Shown: one piece after another, positions 10,124 to 20,748 of the stretch
How the letters are laid out: each line of letters opens with the position of its first letter
Numbering within the stretch: position 1 is the first letter of the stretch
NCBI GenBank assembly: GCA_938046645.1
Contig: CALIWM010000189.1
Location: forward strand, 36,892 to 100,891
DNA length: 64,000 nt
Reading direction: 5' to 3'
Origin: an uncultured Gemella sp.
Lineage (GTDB): Bacteria > Bacillota > Bacilli > Staphylococcales > Gemellaceae
Translations under genes and position numbers: made by a program
The notes under the pieces: generated by a model
What the model saw: only the letters and a program-made list of their open reading frames with translations
What the model was told of the DNA's origin: nothing
Database searches by the model: none

Positions 10124-10735
10124 TTATTTTTTATTCAGAATTTCTAGTGCTTCATCATACAGGTCATTCATTTTTTTGAATTCTACTGGGTCTCCGCCTT
10201 TGTCCGGGTGTAATACCTTAGCTTTTTTACGATAGGCTGATTTCAAGTTGGCCAAATTTGGAACAGATGTAAAACCAAAATACTTGAAACACTCTGGCAG
10301 AAACATATCATCATCTTTTTTGTTTACAAAGATTGTATCTGATGCTGCATATTCCGAATCATAGAATATTGTATCTTCATTGTTGTTTTGCTCGTTTTCT
10401 TGGAAGTTTATAGGCCTTTCTTGCTTCATATAGAAATCTGCAAGAGGACTTTCTTTCTTTGTATTATTTCCAAAATTAGCGTTGTTTTGAGGGTTAAAAC
10501 TGCTTTTAAAGGGGTTTGCTTGAGTGTTGTTTTGAGAGCCGTGTTTATATTCATGAGCCATTTTGTTCAGCCGAGTATAATCTTGTCCGGCAAAGAAAAT
10601 AAGAGCAAGTCCAATAATTGCAAACAAGACAGCAGAGAAAAATAGATTGCTTATGATATAGGCTAAAAAGGAAGCAACTAGAACACTGCCTAGTATTGAG
10701 AAAGAATAGATTTTTTTGTTTCTTGTTTTATTCAT
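10124..10735 (-). CDS. Membrane-anchored J-domain (DnaJ-like) protein
   Basis: Two N-terminal TM segments; C-terminal LKSAYRKKAKVLHPDKGG J-domain with HPD. Confidence 0.85.
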   Translation of the reverse strand: MNKTRNKKIYSFSILGSVLVASFLAYIISNLFFSAVLFAIIGLALIFFAGQDYTRLNKMAHEYKHGSQNNTQANPFKSSFNPQNNANFGNNTKKESPLADFYMKQERPINFQENEQNNNEDTIFYDSEYAASDTIFVNKKDDDMFLPECFKYFGFTSVPNLANLKSAYRKKAKVLHPDKGGDPVEFKKMNDLYDEALEILNKK

Positions 10736-10745
10736 GATTCACCTC

Positions 10746-11156
10746 TTATCCAGTTATCAATCCTAAAACAACAACAGCTATAAAGATGGCGGCTACAATT
10801 ATTTTAAATAGATACCATTTTTCATAGGTAAAAATAGAAGCCATACGAGAAGTGCTTTCTAGCTGCTTGTTTTGAATAACAGATGTAGGCAGAAATGATT
10901 TTTTAGCTTCAGGAACTTTGTTGTAAAACTTAATTGCTTTATAGAAAACAAAAATTGAGGATAAAACAACACAGGAAGCCAAAATAATATTAAAATTAGA
11001 TTTCAAGTATTCCATTTCACTACCAGAAGTTCTACTGAAGAAACTTCCCTTAAAGAGATACATGAGCAATGCTGTGATAGGCAAGGCGAATAAGTTGTTG
11101 ATAAATTTCCCCATTTTTTCTGGAGCTTTGTTAAAAATGTCGTTAATGATTTTCAT
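10746..11156 (-). CDS. Hypothetical membrane protein
   Basis: Three hydrophobic segments; operon spacing. Confidence 0.6.
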   Translation of the reverse strand: MKIINDIFNKAPEKMGKFINNLFALPITALLMYLFKGSFFSRTSGSEMEYLKSNFNIILASCVVLSSIFVFYKAIKFYNKVPEAKKSFLPTSVIQNKQLESTSRMASIFTYEKWYLFKIIVAAIFIAVVVLGLITG

Positions 11157-11164
11157 GATTGTTA

Positions 11165-11506
11165 TTATTTAAAATTGAAATAAAAGACAATTGAGTGTAA
11201 TTCTTGTTTATCTTTTAAATCAATACTCCTTTCAGTTGAATTGACATTCTCTCTCAATGAGATTTTTCCGTCTTTTTTTCTTAATAATTCTCGGACATAT
11301 ACTTCTTTTGTTTCATGGTCTTTGACTATGACATAAGTTGTATTTGTCTTATCTAATTGTACCATTTTTTCTCTAGAAATAATAGTGATTGCATTATCAT
11401 GGATGCCGTTTACATTCGATTTTTTTACAAAAACAACTTGATAACGAACCAGAAATAATATGACAGGAAGAGAAAACAATAGAATATAGATTATCTTTTT
11501 CTTCAT
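11165..11506 (-). CDS. Hypothetical protein with N-terminal TM/signal
   Basis: ATGA overlap with sortase gene. Confidence 0.6.
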   Translation of the reverse strand: MKKKIIYILLFSLPVILFLVRYQVVFVKKSNVNGIHDNAITIISREKMVQLDKTNTTYVIVKDHETKEVYVRELLRKKDGKISLRENVNSTERSIDLKDKQELHSIVFYFNFK

Positions 11507-12252
11507 GACAGCACCTGCCCTTTCTCATCACACTCAACACAAGCAAATGTATATCGCTCAATTCCCCACCATTCTTTACATGTTTGGAGATAAAGCATTG
11601 GTCTACTCGTCACGTTTTGAGTTAAAGAATTGCTTTGAAAGATGGACGTTGATAGCATTTCTTGATTATAGCCTTTCATATCATCCAAACTTTTAAATTC
11701 TTTTTCTTTTATAAACTCTTCTCCATCAATAATGTAGTTTACAAAACTGAATTTATAGTAACGAATTTTATCACCATCAAATGTGGTGATTAGTGGCGAA
11801 TTAGATAAAGCCTCATTAGACAAAAAATTCTTCAAGTTCCCAAACTTTTGCCCCGTGATGGTATTATGGCCAAAAATTAAAGAATTTCCAAAGTATTTCC
11901 CACCTTTAGGCCCTAGAGTTCCCTTTGACCAAGTTCCCATCAAAAGAGTTCCCTCTTCGCTCTCAGAGCCATCCAGAGCCTTTCTGAGATATTCTGTTTG
12001 GTCTTCTGGTGTATAAACCACTGCTTCTGTTGTAACTCCGGGCACATCAATAAAAGCAGCAACAACAGGATTTTGAGTTTTTGCAAGATTGTATTGTCTT
12101 TCTATTTCTGACAAAGAAACTTGTTCTTTTATTGATTTTAATTTGGGTTCTGTTGTAGATTGACCTGTTATAAAAAACAGGCCAATTACAATCAGGATAT
12201 ATGAAACAACAATTAACAGTTTATTCACTTTTTTCTCCTTTTGAATCATCAT
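11503..12252 (-). CDS. srtB: Class B sortase
   Basis: N-terminal TM; YLRK..DG...GTL; NSLIFGHN (His), LYLQTC (Cys), downstream Arg (ERY). Confidence 0.8.
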   Translation of the reverse strand: MMIQKEKKVNKLLIVVSYILIVIGLFFITGQSTTEPKLKSIKEQVSLSEIERQYNLAKTQNPVVAAFIDVPGVTTEAVVYTPEDQTEYLRKALDGSESEEGTLLMGTWSKGTLGPKGGKYFGNSLIFGHNTITGQKFGNLKNFLSNEALSNSPLITTFDGDKIRYYKFSFVNYIIDGEEFIKEKEFKSLDDMKGYNQEMLSTSIFQSNSLTQNVTSRPMLYLQTCKEWWGIERYTFACVECDEKGQVLS

Positions 12253-13528
12253 CAGACATATCCGCTATAATGTTATAAACGGCAAAGGATTGGCTATAAC
12301 TATCAGTAAAGAAATCATAAGAACGAAGAGAATATTTATCAAGGTTTAGGCCTTTGAGTTGCATTTCAATACTTGGAGAAAGCCGAGTGTAATCTCTAGG
12401 GTTTGAAATGAATTTAAAGATTCTGCTTTTCACCCCTTGTTCACCTGCCAAAGTATGTGTAAGGTCTTCTTGTAATTTCTTTCTCAGTTCATTGTCACTT
12501 GATACAACATAACTAGCATCTGTATTGTACAGCATAGTTTTTTCTGGTGTGTCAGCATATTCAGAAGTTCCTAAATATTGCCGGCCTACATCCATCAATC
12601 TTGAATTAGCAGCCTGCTCATCAGTCATGCCTAAAAATGGGTTGTAATTGACTTCAAAACCAGTTTTGTCATGGACATAATTCTTAAAGAATTCATTCAT
12701 CCAAATATCAAAGTGGAAATATTCTTCTTTGATACGGACGATTACCCAAGAATATATTTTAGAAGTGTTAAATACGACTTCTGAGCCGCTGTCTGTAACA
12801 TTACCATTATCAAAAGCATCAGGCAAATTACTGTAAGAAGAATTGATGTTTTCACCATAGACAATAGAAGCAGGAATTTTATTTCGCCTAAGAGCAAAGA
12901 CAATAAAGTTAGATAAGGTTTGATTGTTAATGTTTACAGTATCAATACGGCCAGATACATCTCCAAGAGTTGTTGGCTCTGCTACGAATTTAGAAGCATT
13001 AAATGAATTAAACATAGATGCCAGTTTTACTGGCGTTAGCTCATTCATATTAATTTCCCCTAGTTGGGCAGACTTTGTAAGCTGGTCAGTTATTGCCTGT
13101 TCTTCTTCTTTGGTTTTGTTATAAGAAAACGTGAGATTTTTGATTTTTCCCTCATCATTTACAGAATACTGATATTTCTTATCAACAAAGAACAAGTCAG
13201 GGTTATCCATAAAGACAATGGACATCACTTGTTGTACTTCTTCCTTTGGAAGTGATGTAGCCAACAGATAAGATGTTCTATGTTGTTTTACAGTTTCTAA
13301 AATATCATCATACAACTTTTGTTGATTTCCATTTAAGTTGTTCCGGTAGAAAGATACCAACGGGCCACTCTCTTTATTGTTTCGAGCCGAATATTGTCCA
13401 TTAAAATTCAAGGAAACCCCAGAATTAGAGTTTCCTGAATTATTTGCTGCTTTATTTCCACATGCCCCCAAAACAATAAGGGCAGATGCTGATAAAACGG
13501 CAGCTAAAATAGTTTTTTGAAATTTCAT
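12221..13528 (-). CDS. Lipoprotein with degenerate transglutaminase-like domain
   Basis: Likely start MKFQK at 13528; lipobox LGAC; DNPDLFFV, IPASIVYG, SWVIVRI..YFHFDIW resemble the TGase-like core but no catalytic Cys/His is visible. Confidence 0.55.
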   Translation of the reverse strand: MKFQKTILAAVLSASALIVLGACGNKAANNSGNSNSGVSLNFNGQYSARNNKESGPLVSFYRNNLNGNQQKLYDDILETVKQHRTSYLLATSLPKEEVQQVMSIVFMDNPDLFFVDKKYQYSVNDEGKIKNLTFSYNKTKEEEQAITDQLTKSAQLGEINMNELTPVKLASMFNSFNASKFVAEPTTLGDVSGRIDTVNINNQTLSNFIVFALRRNKIPASIVYGENINSSYSNLPDAFDNGNVTDSGSEVVFNTSKIYSWVIVRIKEEYFHFDIWMNEFFKNYVHDKTGFEVNYNPFLGMTDEQAANSRLMDVGRQYLGTSEYADTPEKTMLYNTDASYVVSSDNELRKKLQEDLTHTLAGEQGVKSRIFKFISNPRDYTRLSPSIEMQLKGLNLDKYSLRSYDFFTDSYSQSFAVYNIIADMSDDDSKGEKSE

Positions 13529-13532
13529 ATAT

Positions 13533-14621
13533 TTATTCCTCTTCATCATCTTCTTCATCAGAATCAATTTCAAGCAAAATCTTTTGATATGGTTTCTTTT
13601 CACTAATTTCTGCAAGCAATCGAACAAGAGAAGTTTCTTCTTTTGTTAGATTTGAAGATGTGCCTTCCATAAGTGAAGAGCTGATACTATTTACAACAGA
13701 TGCAACAATAGCAAGAATAACAATTTCTTTTGTTTTTGCATCCATCAATTCTAGCTCTTTACCATCTCGAATGTAGTCAATTGCAAAATCAATGTCTTTC
13801 AAGTCAAGGTCAACCATATTTTCTGTTACACCCATTGGAAGAACTTCATCATCATTTGCTTGGGCATCAGCAACAGCGTCATAGAGAAGACCAAGAACCT
13901 TTTGCAACTGACCATATTTCAAAGCTGTCTCTCTATTGAAAGAACCACTTGGATTCCATTCTTCATAAAATCCATCAAACCAACCATTTTTGCCTTTTTC
14001 AGCATCATTGTTTAAGATGTCAATGGTAGTTGCAATGCCTGCCCAATCCATTTCATCATAATCAAATGGTTCGCCCTCTTCAAAAAAGTTGGGAGTGTAG
14101 TAATAACTTTCTGGGTCTGCTGCTTCAAGAAGAATTGCCTGAGAAATATGAGCAGGAGCAAACTTAAATACTTCCAACAAAGTATTAATGTTCCAGTTTG
14201 ACATTTTCTCAATTTCTTCAATATAACTTTGATAGATGAATTTGTTGGCTTCATCTTCTTCAAGTTCAGAAGCTGACTTCAAACCAACAATCAACAATTC
14301 TTTTTGCCAGTCTTTCACTTCTCGCAATTCTAGAACTTCTTCATCCTCTTTATATGGCTCATCTTCATCATCATACTGAGACTCTGGAGATGGCTCATAC
14401 CCCTCTGGGGCTTGTAGTTTCTTACGAGCTTGCTTTTTCTTTTCCTTATTAGCACGCGCAATTCCATCTCCTACAGATGGGTCTTTTTCACGCAATTTGC
14501 GGTCAAGATGTTTCTTCTTGCCTAGTAATGACAAGATAAAAATAAGTAACGAGATTGTAAAAATAACAGCTCCTACTAAGAACAAGATATTAATTTTTAC
14601 ATCTCCAATATTTAGATACAT
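13533..14621 (-). CDS. Acidic membrane-anchored hypothetical protein
   Basis: N-terminal TM; very Asp/Glu-rich. Confidence 0.65.
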   Translation of the reverse strand: MYLNIGDVKINILFLVGAVIFTISLLIFILSLLGKKKHLDRKLREKDPSVGDGIARANKEKKKQARKKLQAPEGYEPSPESQYDDEDEPYKEDEEVLELREVKDWQKELLIVGLKSASELEEDEANKFIYQSYIEEIEKMSNWNINTLLEVFKFAPAHISQAILLEAADPESYYYTPNFFEEGEPFDYDEMDWAGIATTIDILNNDAEKGKNGWFDGFYEEWNPSGSFNRETALKYGQLQKVLGLLYDAVADAQANDDEVLPMGVTENMVDLDLKDIDFAIDYIRDGKELELMDAKTKEIVILAIVASVVNSISSSLMEGTSSNLTKEETSLVRLLAEISEKKPYQKILLEIDSDEEDDEEE

Positions 14622-14649
14622 AGTTTAATTTCCTTTCTATTGAAGAAGA

Positions 14650-16413
14650 TTACAATTCGTAATCTTCTTTTTTACTTTCTTTTTTATTATTCTCTTTATC
14701 TTTATTATTTTCTTTTTTCTGTTTTGATGAATCTTCTTTTTTAGATGATGAGGGTGGCTCAGAAGAAGAACTTTCTTTTGTTGCATCTTCTGTATCAGAC
14801 AATTCATCTTTCTTAGAAGCCGTATCAAAATATTCAGGCAAGAGAATTGATAAATCAAGATTGCTATTATTTTTAGCTAGGCCAGATAAACTCTTATTTC
14901 GTTCAAGAGTAAATGTGTGGCCATTTGTCTTGATTTTAATTTTATTTAATGTGATAGCTTCAACAACTTCAAGAGTTTTATTGTTGGCAACAAATTTACC
15001 GTTATCATAAGTATAAGTTTCACTTGAAAACTCATTAGATATATCTTCTGGAATATCTTTTCCAAGAGCAACAGTATTTCCACCAGTAAATGTCATTTTG
15101 TACTGAGTGATTGTTGCATTGTCCATTTCTGTAATATCCCAAGAGCCATAGATAACAATATTGCCGTTTAGCATCAATTTATTCGATTCCTTGTAGTTAT
15201 AGCTCAGAAGTAGATACTGCAATGCCTGATATGGGTCTGTAGCAATATACTGAGTAGCCTTTTGATAATTCAATTCTTTCAATAAGGCAGAAGAGTCTTT
15301 AAAATCTGCAATTTCAGATAATTTCTTGATTGCTTCATCCGGTTTTTGTTGCTCAATCAATTCTTTTGATTGTTGATAAAGAACTTCTTTTTCCATTGCT
15401 TCTGAGGTCTTATACTTGTATTTTTTCAATAACTTAAAGACTTCAAGGGCTTTAGAGTAATTCTTGTTTTTATACTCTCTTAGGCCAACTAGGTAATGTT
15501 GCTCCATTGCTTTAAGCATCAGCTCTTCAGCATCTTGATAACCAACAAGGTAAACGAAGATTTTTACAATAGCTCCATACTTCTTGTTTTTTACTAAAGT
15601 TGGATGAGCTTTGTAGGCTGCATTGATAAGTTCTTGCTGGGCGTTTTCGTATTCTCCTGCTTCAATAAAGGCATAGGCAGCTTCTTCCCATTTTTTCTTC
15701 TGAGCAAGATACTTCCCTTTTTGGAAAAATACATATTGACGGAGATTATCTGTATTGTGGCCATCAATCGTAATACCTTCCATATCTTTAGCCATTTTTA
15801 GAGCTTCATCATATTTTTCTTCCTGAATTAGAAGATTCATTTTAGATAACTTAGCCATCTTACCACTATGACTCTTATCACTCAGCCCTTTTGTTGTAGA
15901 GAAATAGTTGTAGGCGCTCTGGTAATTGCCGTTATCAAAGTCTCTTTGGCCTGATGAAGTTAAAAAGAATGGAATGATTCCAAAAATAATAAGGCCAAGA
16001 ACTGCCAAAATAGCTAAAGTTCCATAAACTGAACGCCTAAAGGTAACTCGTAAGTCTTCTTCAAATTGTTCTGTTGCAGAACTTTCATTATAATCAGTCA
16101 GCTTTTCGACTAAACCATCTGCATAATTTGCTAAGGTTTCATTGTTTGCCGTGGCTTCATCTATTTTTAGGACTAGACTAGGATATTTTTCTTTAATCCA
16201 TTCTAAATTATGAAATTTTAGAAACTTGTTGATATTGAAGAAAGCTTCAATTCTTCTAGTTTCTTCATTATATTCTTGGTCAACTGGTGGTTCTATATAT
16301 TTAGGGTACATCCCAGAAGAAATTAAAAGGTCTTCAGCATCCTCTTCTTCTAGTAATTTTTTACCCTGTAAATAATTATAGAATGGAATGTATTTCTTAT
16401 CTAAAAATCTCAA
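14650..16413 (-). CDS. Membrane-anchored TPR-like repeat protein
   Basis: TM near residue 130-150, then repeated helical Y..A...F..L..YKDS units; Ser/Lys-rich tail. Confidence 0.7.
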   Translation of the reverse strand: MRFLDKKYIPFYNYLQGKKLLEEEDAEDLLISSGMYPKYIEPPVDQEYNEETRRIEAFFNINKFLKFHNLEWIKEKYPSLVLKIDEATANNETLANYADGLVEKLTDYNESSATEQFEEDLRVTFRRSVYGTLAILAVLGLIIFGIIPFFLTSSGQRDFDNGNYQSAYNYFSTTKGLSDKSHSGKMAKLSKMNLLIQEEKYDEALKMAKDMEGITIDGHNTDNLRQYVFFQKGKYLAQKKKWEEAAYAFIEAGEYENAQQELINAAYKAHPTLVKNKKYGAIVKIFVYLVGYQDAEELMLKAMEQHYLVGLREYKNKNYSKALEVFKLLKKYKYKTSEAMEKEVLYQQSKELIEQQKPDEAIKKLSEIADFKDSSALLKELNYQKATQYIATDPYQALQYLLLSYNYKESNKLMLNGNIVIYGSWDITEMDNATITQYKMTFTGGNTVALGKDIPEDISNEFSSETYTYDNGKFVANNKTLEVVEAITLNKIKIKTNGHTFTLERNKSLSGLAKNNSNLDLSILLPEYFDTASKKDELSDTEDATKESSSSEPPSSSKKEDSSKQKKENNKDKENNKKESKKEDYEL

Positions 16414-16491
16414 TTTTTTCCCCTTTCATTTTTTGAGGTCTTTATTCAATTATATCATATTCTATAAACAAATTAAAAAACTTTTTTGTTT

Positions 16492-16523
16492 TATAATATA
16501 ATTTGTAAATGTTTATTTTACAA
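16492..16523 (+). promoter_or_regulatory. TATAAT-N6-TGTAA..TTACA motif copy
   Basis: TATAAT ATAATT TGTAAA TGTTTATT TTACAA. Confidence 0.75.
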
Positions 16524-16562
16524 AAAAATTATTATTTTACAAAAAGAAAGGCTCTTTCAAAA

Positions 16563-16913
16563 ATGAAAGAGAAGGATATAGTAATTATGCTAGAAGAAAA
16601 AATTAAAGGATTAAAAGTAGGCGTAGATAACACGGCTGTGCCATTTGCATCGTCATCTGTAGTTGAAATTACAGATGTTGAGTCAGGCGAAACATTCAAA
16701 TCGTTTTACGACTATAAAAGTCGTATTGCAGATGTAATCAATGGCAAAATTGTAGCTGTATATCCTCATTGGGATTATAGTAAATCAACAAGTCGGCACT
16801 TTAATGTGTTTTTGGAAAACTTTGTTGTTGGAGGGTATTCAATTGCTCAAATGACAAGGAAAGAAAAAGAGAAATATTTTGAAGAAAATAATCTCTTTAA
16901 AGAACTTCCATAA
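16563..16913 (+). CDS. Hypothetical protein
   Basis: Start moved downstream of the promoter motif (16563 or 16587); followed by an AAACACC..GGTGTTT hairpin. Confidence 0.6.
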   Translation: MKEKDIVIMLEEKIKGLKVGVDNTAVPFASSSVVEITDVESGETFKSFYDYKSRIADVINGKIVAVYPHWDYSKSTSRHFNVFLENFVVGGYSIAQMTRKEKEKYFEENNLFKELP

Positions 16914-17033
16914 TATATATCAAATCGAAACACCTTTTCAAGGTGTTTTTTGTTGTTTTTATAAAGGAAAATCAACAATTCAAGACTAAAACATGGTATA
17001 ATAGAGGGAGATAAAACGAATAGGAGAAAAGAT

Positions 17034-20000
17034 TTGAATTTAACCAATAACCAATATGTTCCATTACATGTCCATAGTCATTTTTCATTTTTGGATGGCC
17101 TTGCCTCTGTTGATGACATTGTATCTAGAGCACAAGAAATTGGAGCGCCAGCTATTGCTTTAACTGACCACGGAAACATGCACGGGGCTGCAAAGTTTTA
17201 TCACACAGCGAAATCAAAAGGTATTAAACCTATTATTGGTTGTGAAATGTATTTTTCTTTAGATGGCCGACTAATCAAAGAACGAGATAGATACGGCAAA
17301 CCATATTATCATTTGATTGTTTTGGCTAAAAATAATAAAGGCCTTGAAAACCTCTATCAACTTAATGGTATTTCTTGGGAAGAAAAATCGTATTATTACA
17401 AACCTCGTATTGATTTTGAGGTTCTTGAAGAGTATTCTGAGGGATTAATTGTAACTTCTGCCTGTATTGGCGGCCCAACTATTCAAATGCTTTTAAAGGA
17501 TAGTTATGAAAAATCAAAACAAGTCACACAAAAATTTGTTGATATTTTTGGTGATGATTTTTATATTGAATTACAAGACCACGGATTGCCAGAGCAAAAG
17601 GAAACAAATCCTTTGTTGATGAAAATGGCTAAAGAATTGGGTGTAAAGACTATCATCACAAATGATTCTCACTATGCCCGAAAAGAAGATGCTGAATACC
17701 AAGATGTTCTTTTAGCAATCAGTCAGAATAAACCGTTAAATGACCCTGACCGCATGAGATTTGAGAATAATGAATTTTATATCAAGTCTCTTGATGAGCT
17801 AAAAGAAGTTTTTAAAGAAAAAAAGTATGATGAATCTTTAACTAATACTTTAGAAATTGCTGATAAGTGTAATGTGGACATGGATGTCCATGACCACTAT
17901 CTGCCTAAAGTTCAAGTTCCAGATGGTTTCAAAGACAATAAAGAATATTTTGAAGCCGTTTGTCGCCAAGGCATTGAAGACCTTTTTGAGGACGGAGCTT
18001 GGACAGAAGAATATGAGAAACAATTACAGTATGAATTAGAAGTTATTGACTCTATGGGATTTAATGATTATTTCTTAATCGTTTCAGACTTTATTCGTTG
18101 GGCTAAAGAAAATGATATTTCTATTGGGCCGGGCCGTGGCTCTGCTGCCGGCTCTCTAGCTGCCTATGTTTCTAAGATTACTAGTATTGACCCTATTGAA
18201 TCTGGCCTTTATTTTGAGCGTTTCTTGAACCCAGAGCGTGTTGAGCTTCCTGATGTGGATATTGACATTGAACAAGAGCGCCGGCAAGATGTAGCTGAAT
18301 ATCTTCGTAAGAAATATGGTTATGCCAATACAGCCAACATTGCAACCATTACGTTATTGAAAGCAAAAAATGCTCTAGCTGATGTTATGCGTGTATTTGA
18401 AATTGAAGCACAGGAAAGCCTTAAAGTTACCAAGATGATTCCGGATGATATGGCTGACCTATCTCTAAAAGAGTTATATAATTCTTTGCCTGAGTTTCGT
18501 GATAAAATTGATTCCAACGAAACATTCAAGAATGTATTTGATATTGCATCTCGCTTATTAGGTACACCTCGTAATACAGGTATTCATGCTGCTGGACTAA
18601 TTATTGCTGACAACCCTATTACTAATTATGCTCCAGTTTTTGAAACAGATGATAAAAAGACTGGCCTTAGAACAAAGGTTTGTCAGTTTGAAAAGAAAAT
18701 GGCTGAAAAGTCTGGACTTGTAAAAATGGATTTGCTTGGTCTTCAGACTTTAGATATTATCAAGAAGACCCAAACTGCCATTAATAAAAACAGGCCTGCC
18801 AACAATCAATTTGATATTGAAAAAATTCCTTTGGATGACCCTAATGTTTATGAGGTTTTCGCCAAGGGAGATACCACCAATGTCTTCCAGTTTGAAAGTG
18901 ACGGGATGAAATCAAGTCTTAAAAAACTTCATCCTGAAAAGATGGTAGACTTAATTGCCATGAACGCCTTATATAGGCCCGGCCCAATTGCTTATATTGA
19001 TGAATACATTCAAAACAAGTACAACCCTAGCCAAATCGAATATGAACATCCGTTATTAAAACCAATTCTGGAAGAAACTTATGGAATCATTACTTTCCAA
19101 GAGCAGGTTATGAAAATCTTCCAAGAACTAGCAGGTTTCCCTCTCGGCCGAGCTGACCTTGTACGCCGAGCAATTGGTAAAAAAGATAAAGCAACAATGG
19201 AGCAAGAATTAAAAATTCTTAAAGAGGGAAATACAGAATTAGGCATTGTTGGTGCACGCGCTAATGGAGTGCCTGATGATGTGACTGATAGTGTTATCAA
19301 AAAGATTGAAACTTTTGCAGAGTACGCCTTTAACAAGGCTCATGCTGCATGTTATTCTAATCTTGCTTATAAAACGGCTTATCTTAAACATTATTATCCT
19401 GCCGAGTTTATGGCTGCCAATCTCACTCTTGCTCTTAACAATGCCAAAGACTTGAAAAAATATATTGGAATTACCAAAAGCGCTATGAAGATTAAGATTC
19501 TTCCGCCAGACATCAATAAATCCACTAGAGATTTTGAAAAAACAGATGATGGTATTGTAGTGTCACTTCAAGGTATTGATGGTATTGGAGAAAAAGTTGC
19601 TCGTAAGATTGTTCAAGAGCGTGAAGAAAATGGACTATTCAAAAATTTAGAAGATTTTTGTTTTAGAATGTTTTCTAATGGTGTAGGAAAGGGAAATGTT
19701 AAAGTCCTTGTTGAATCAGGAGCTTTTGATTTCACAGGCCTAACCAGAAATACAATGCTTTCTCAAATCTCTATGTATGAAGAAGCCTATAAGAGCTTAG
19801 ATATGGGAAACTTTAATGCCGGCTCTTTGTTTAATTTGACTACAGAAAAATCAGTCTTTGAGTTATTCTATTCACAAGAAGACTTAAACCCTCATTTAGA
19901 AGATTCTCCTAAAGAAATTGTTTTATGGGAAAAGAAGAATTTGAAAATTCTTTTAACCTATAATCCACTTGATGATTATATGGGTACGATTAGCGTTCCT

Positions 20001-20696
20001 TATGTTCATACAGTAGAGTCTCTTGAAGCTGAGTTTATTAAAGGCAACATTCAAGAAAAACAAAAAGTTCTTTTGATTGGTATGGCCGGGGAATACGAGG
20101 AATTACTAGCTAAGAGTGGTAATCGTTATGCTAAGATTGCTTTTGAGGGAACTGAATCAACAGTTGAGTTAATGGTGTTTAAAAAGCAACTCGAAGAAAT
20201 TCGAGGAAGCTTTATGACCACAAAGACTAATGAGGTTTGCCTGATTTTTGCTGAAGTTAATAATGATGAAAGATTTAGTATTAATTTGAAGAAATACTTC
20301 CCTGCCGGAAGTTTTGCCTTAATAACAAAAGAAGAGGCTAACAACAGATTAATGGGCTTACTTTCTGATAAGGAATTGAGAGCTGCTAAAAAATATGGCT
20401 CAGAAAGAAGAATTGAAACTATTCAGCAATCCCATCATGATATTTATGTTTTGTTGGATTTTGAGCAGAATGATTCTTATTTCAAAGAAGATGGCTCTGA
20501 AACAAGTCTTTTAAGCCAAAAAATATCAAGTGTTTACGCAAAATTGTACTCTTATTCAAACGGCCATTCATCAGTATATCTTTGTTATCCAGATGGAAAA
20601 ACTAAGAAAATGTGTGGAATTTCTGTTGTTGGAGATTATACTGTACTAGATTTAATTAAAAAAGAACTTGGGGTGTCCAAAGTTCTTACTAGATAA
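17034..20696 (+). CDS. dnaE: DNA polymerase III alpha subunit (DnaE type)
   Basis: PHP motifs HVHS/TDHG/GCE/TNDSHY; GRGSAAGS; PDVDID; KMDLLGL; YAFNKAH; TTG start with AGGAG RBS. Confidence 0.97.
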   Translation: MNLTNNQYVPLHVHSHFSFLDGLASVDDIVSRAQEIGAPAIALTDHGNMHGAAKFYHTAKSKGIKPIIGCEMYFSLDGRLIKERDRYGKPYYHLIVLAKNNKGLENLYQLNGISWEEKSYYYKPRIDFEVLEEYSEGLIVTSACIGGPTIQMLLKDSYEKSKQVTQKFVDIFGDDFYIELQDHGLPEQKETNPLLMKMAKELGVKTIITNDSHYARKEDAEYQDVLLAISQNKPLNDPDRMRFENNEFYIKSLDELKEVFKEKKYDESLTNTLEIADKCNVDMDVHDHYLPKVQVPDGFKDNKEYFEAVCRQGIEDLFEDGAWTEEYEKQLQYELEVIDSMGFNDYFLIVSDFIRWAKENDISIGPGRGSAAGSLAAYVSKITSIDPIESGLYFERFLNPERVELPDVDIDIEQERRQDVAEYLRKKYGYANTANIATITLLKAKNALADVMRVFEIEAQESLKVTKMIPDDMADLSLKELYNSLPEFRDKIDSNETFKNVFDIASRLLGTPRNTGIHAAGLIIADNPITNYAPVFETDDKKTGLRTKVCQFEKKMAEKSGLVKMDLLGLQTLDIIKKTQTAINKNRPANNQFDIEKIPLDDPNVYEVFAKGDTTNVFQFESDGMKSSLKKLHPEKMVDLIAMNALYRPGPIAYIDEYIQNKYNPSQIEYEHPLLKPILEETYGIITFQEQVMKIFQELAGFPLGRADLVRRAIGKKDKATMEQELKILKEGNTELGIVGARANGVPDDVTDSVIKKIETFAEYAFNKAHAACYSNLAYKTAYLKHYYPAEFMAANLTLALNNAKDLKKYIGITKSAMKIKILPPDINKSTRDFEKTDDGIVVSLQGIDGIGEKVARKIVQEREENGLFKNLEDFCFRMFSNGVGKGNVKVLVESGAFDFTGLTRNTMLSQISMYEEAYKSLDMGNFNAGSLFNLTTEKSVFELFYSQEDLNPHLEDSPKEIVLWEKKNLKILLTYNPLDDYMGTISVPYVHTVESLEAEFIKGNIQEKQKVLLIGMAGEYEELLAKSGNRYAKIAFEGTESTVELMVFKKQLEEIRGSFMTTKTNEVCLIFAEVNNDERFSINLKKYFPAGSFALITKEEANNRLMGLLSDKELRAAKKYGSERRIETIQQSHHDIYVLLDFEQNDSYFKEDGSETSLLSQKISSVYAKLYSYSNGHSSVYLCYPDGKTKKMCGISVVGDYTVLDLIKKELGVSKVLTR

Positions 20697-20748
20697 AATA
20701 AAAAAGAACACCTTTAATAGGTGTCTTTTTGTTTTAGTTAAATTGAAA

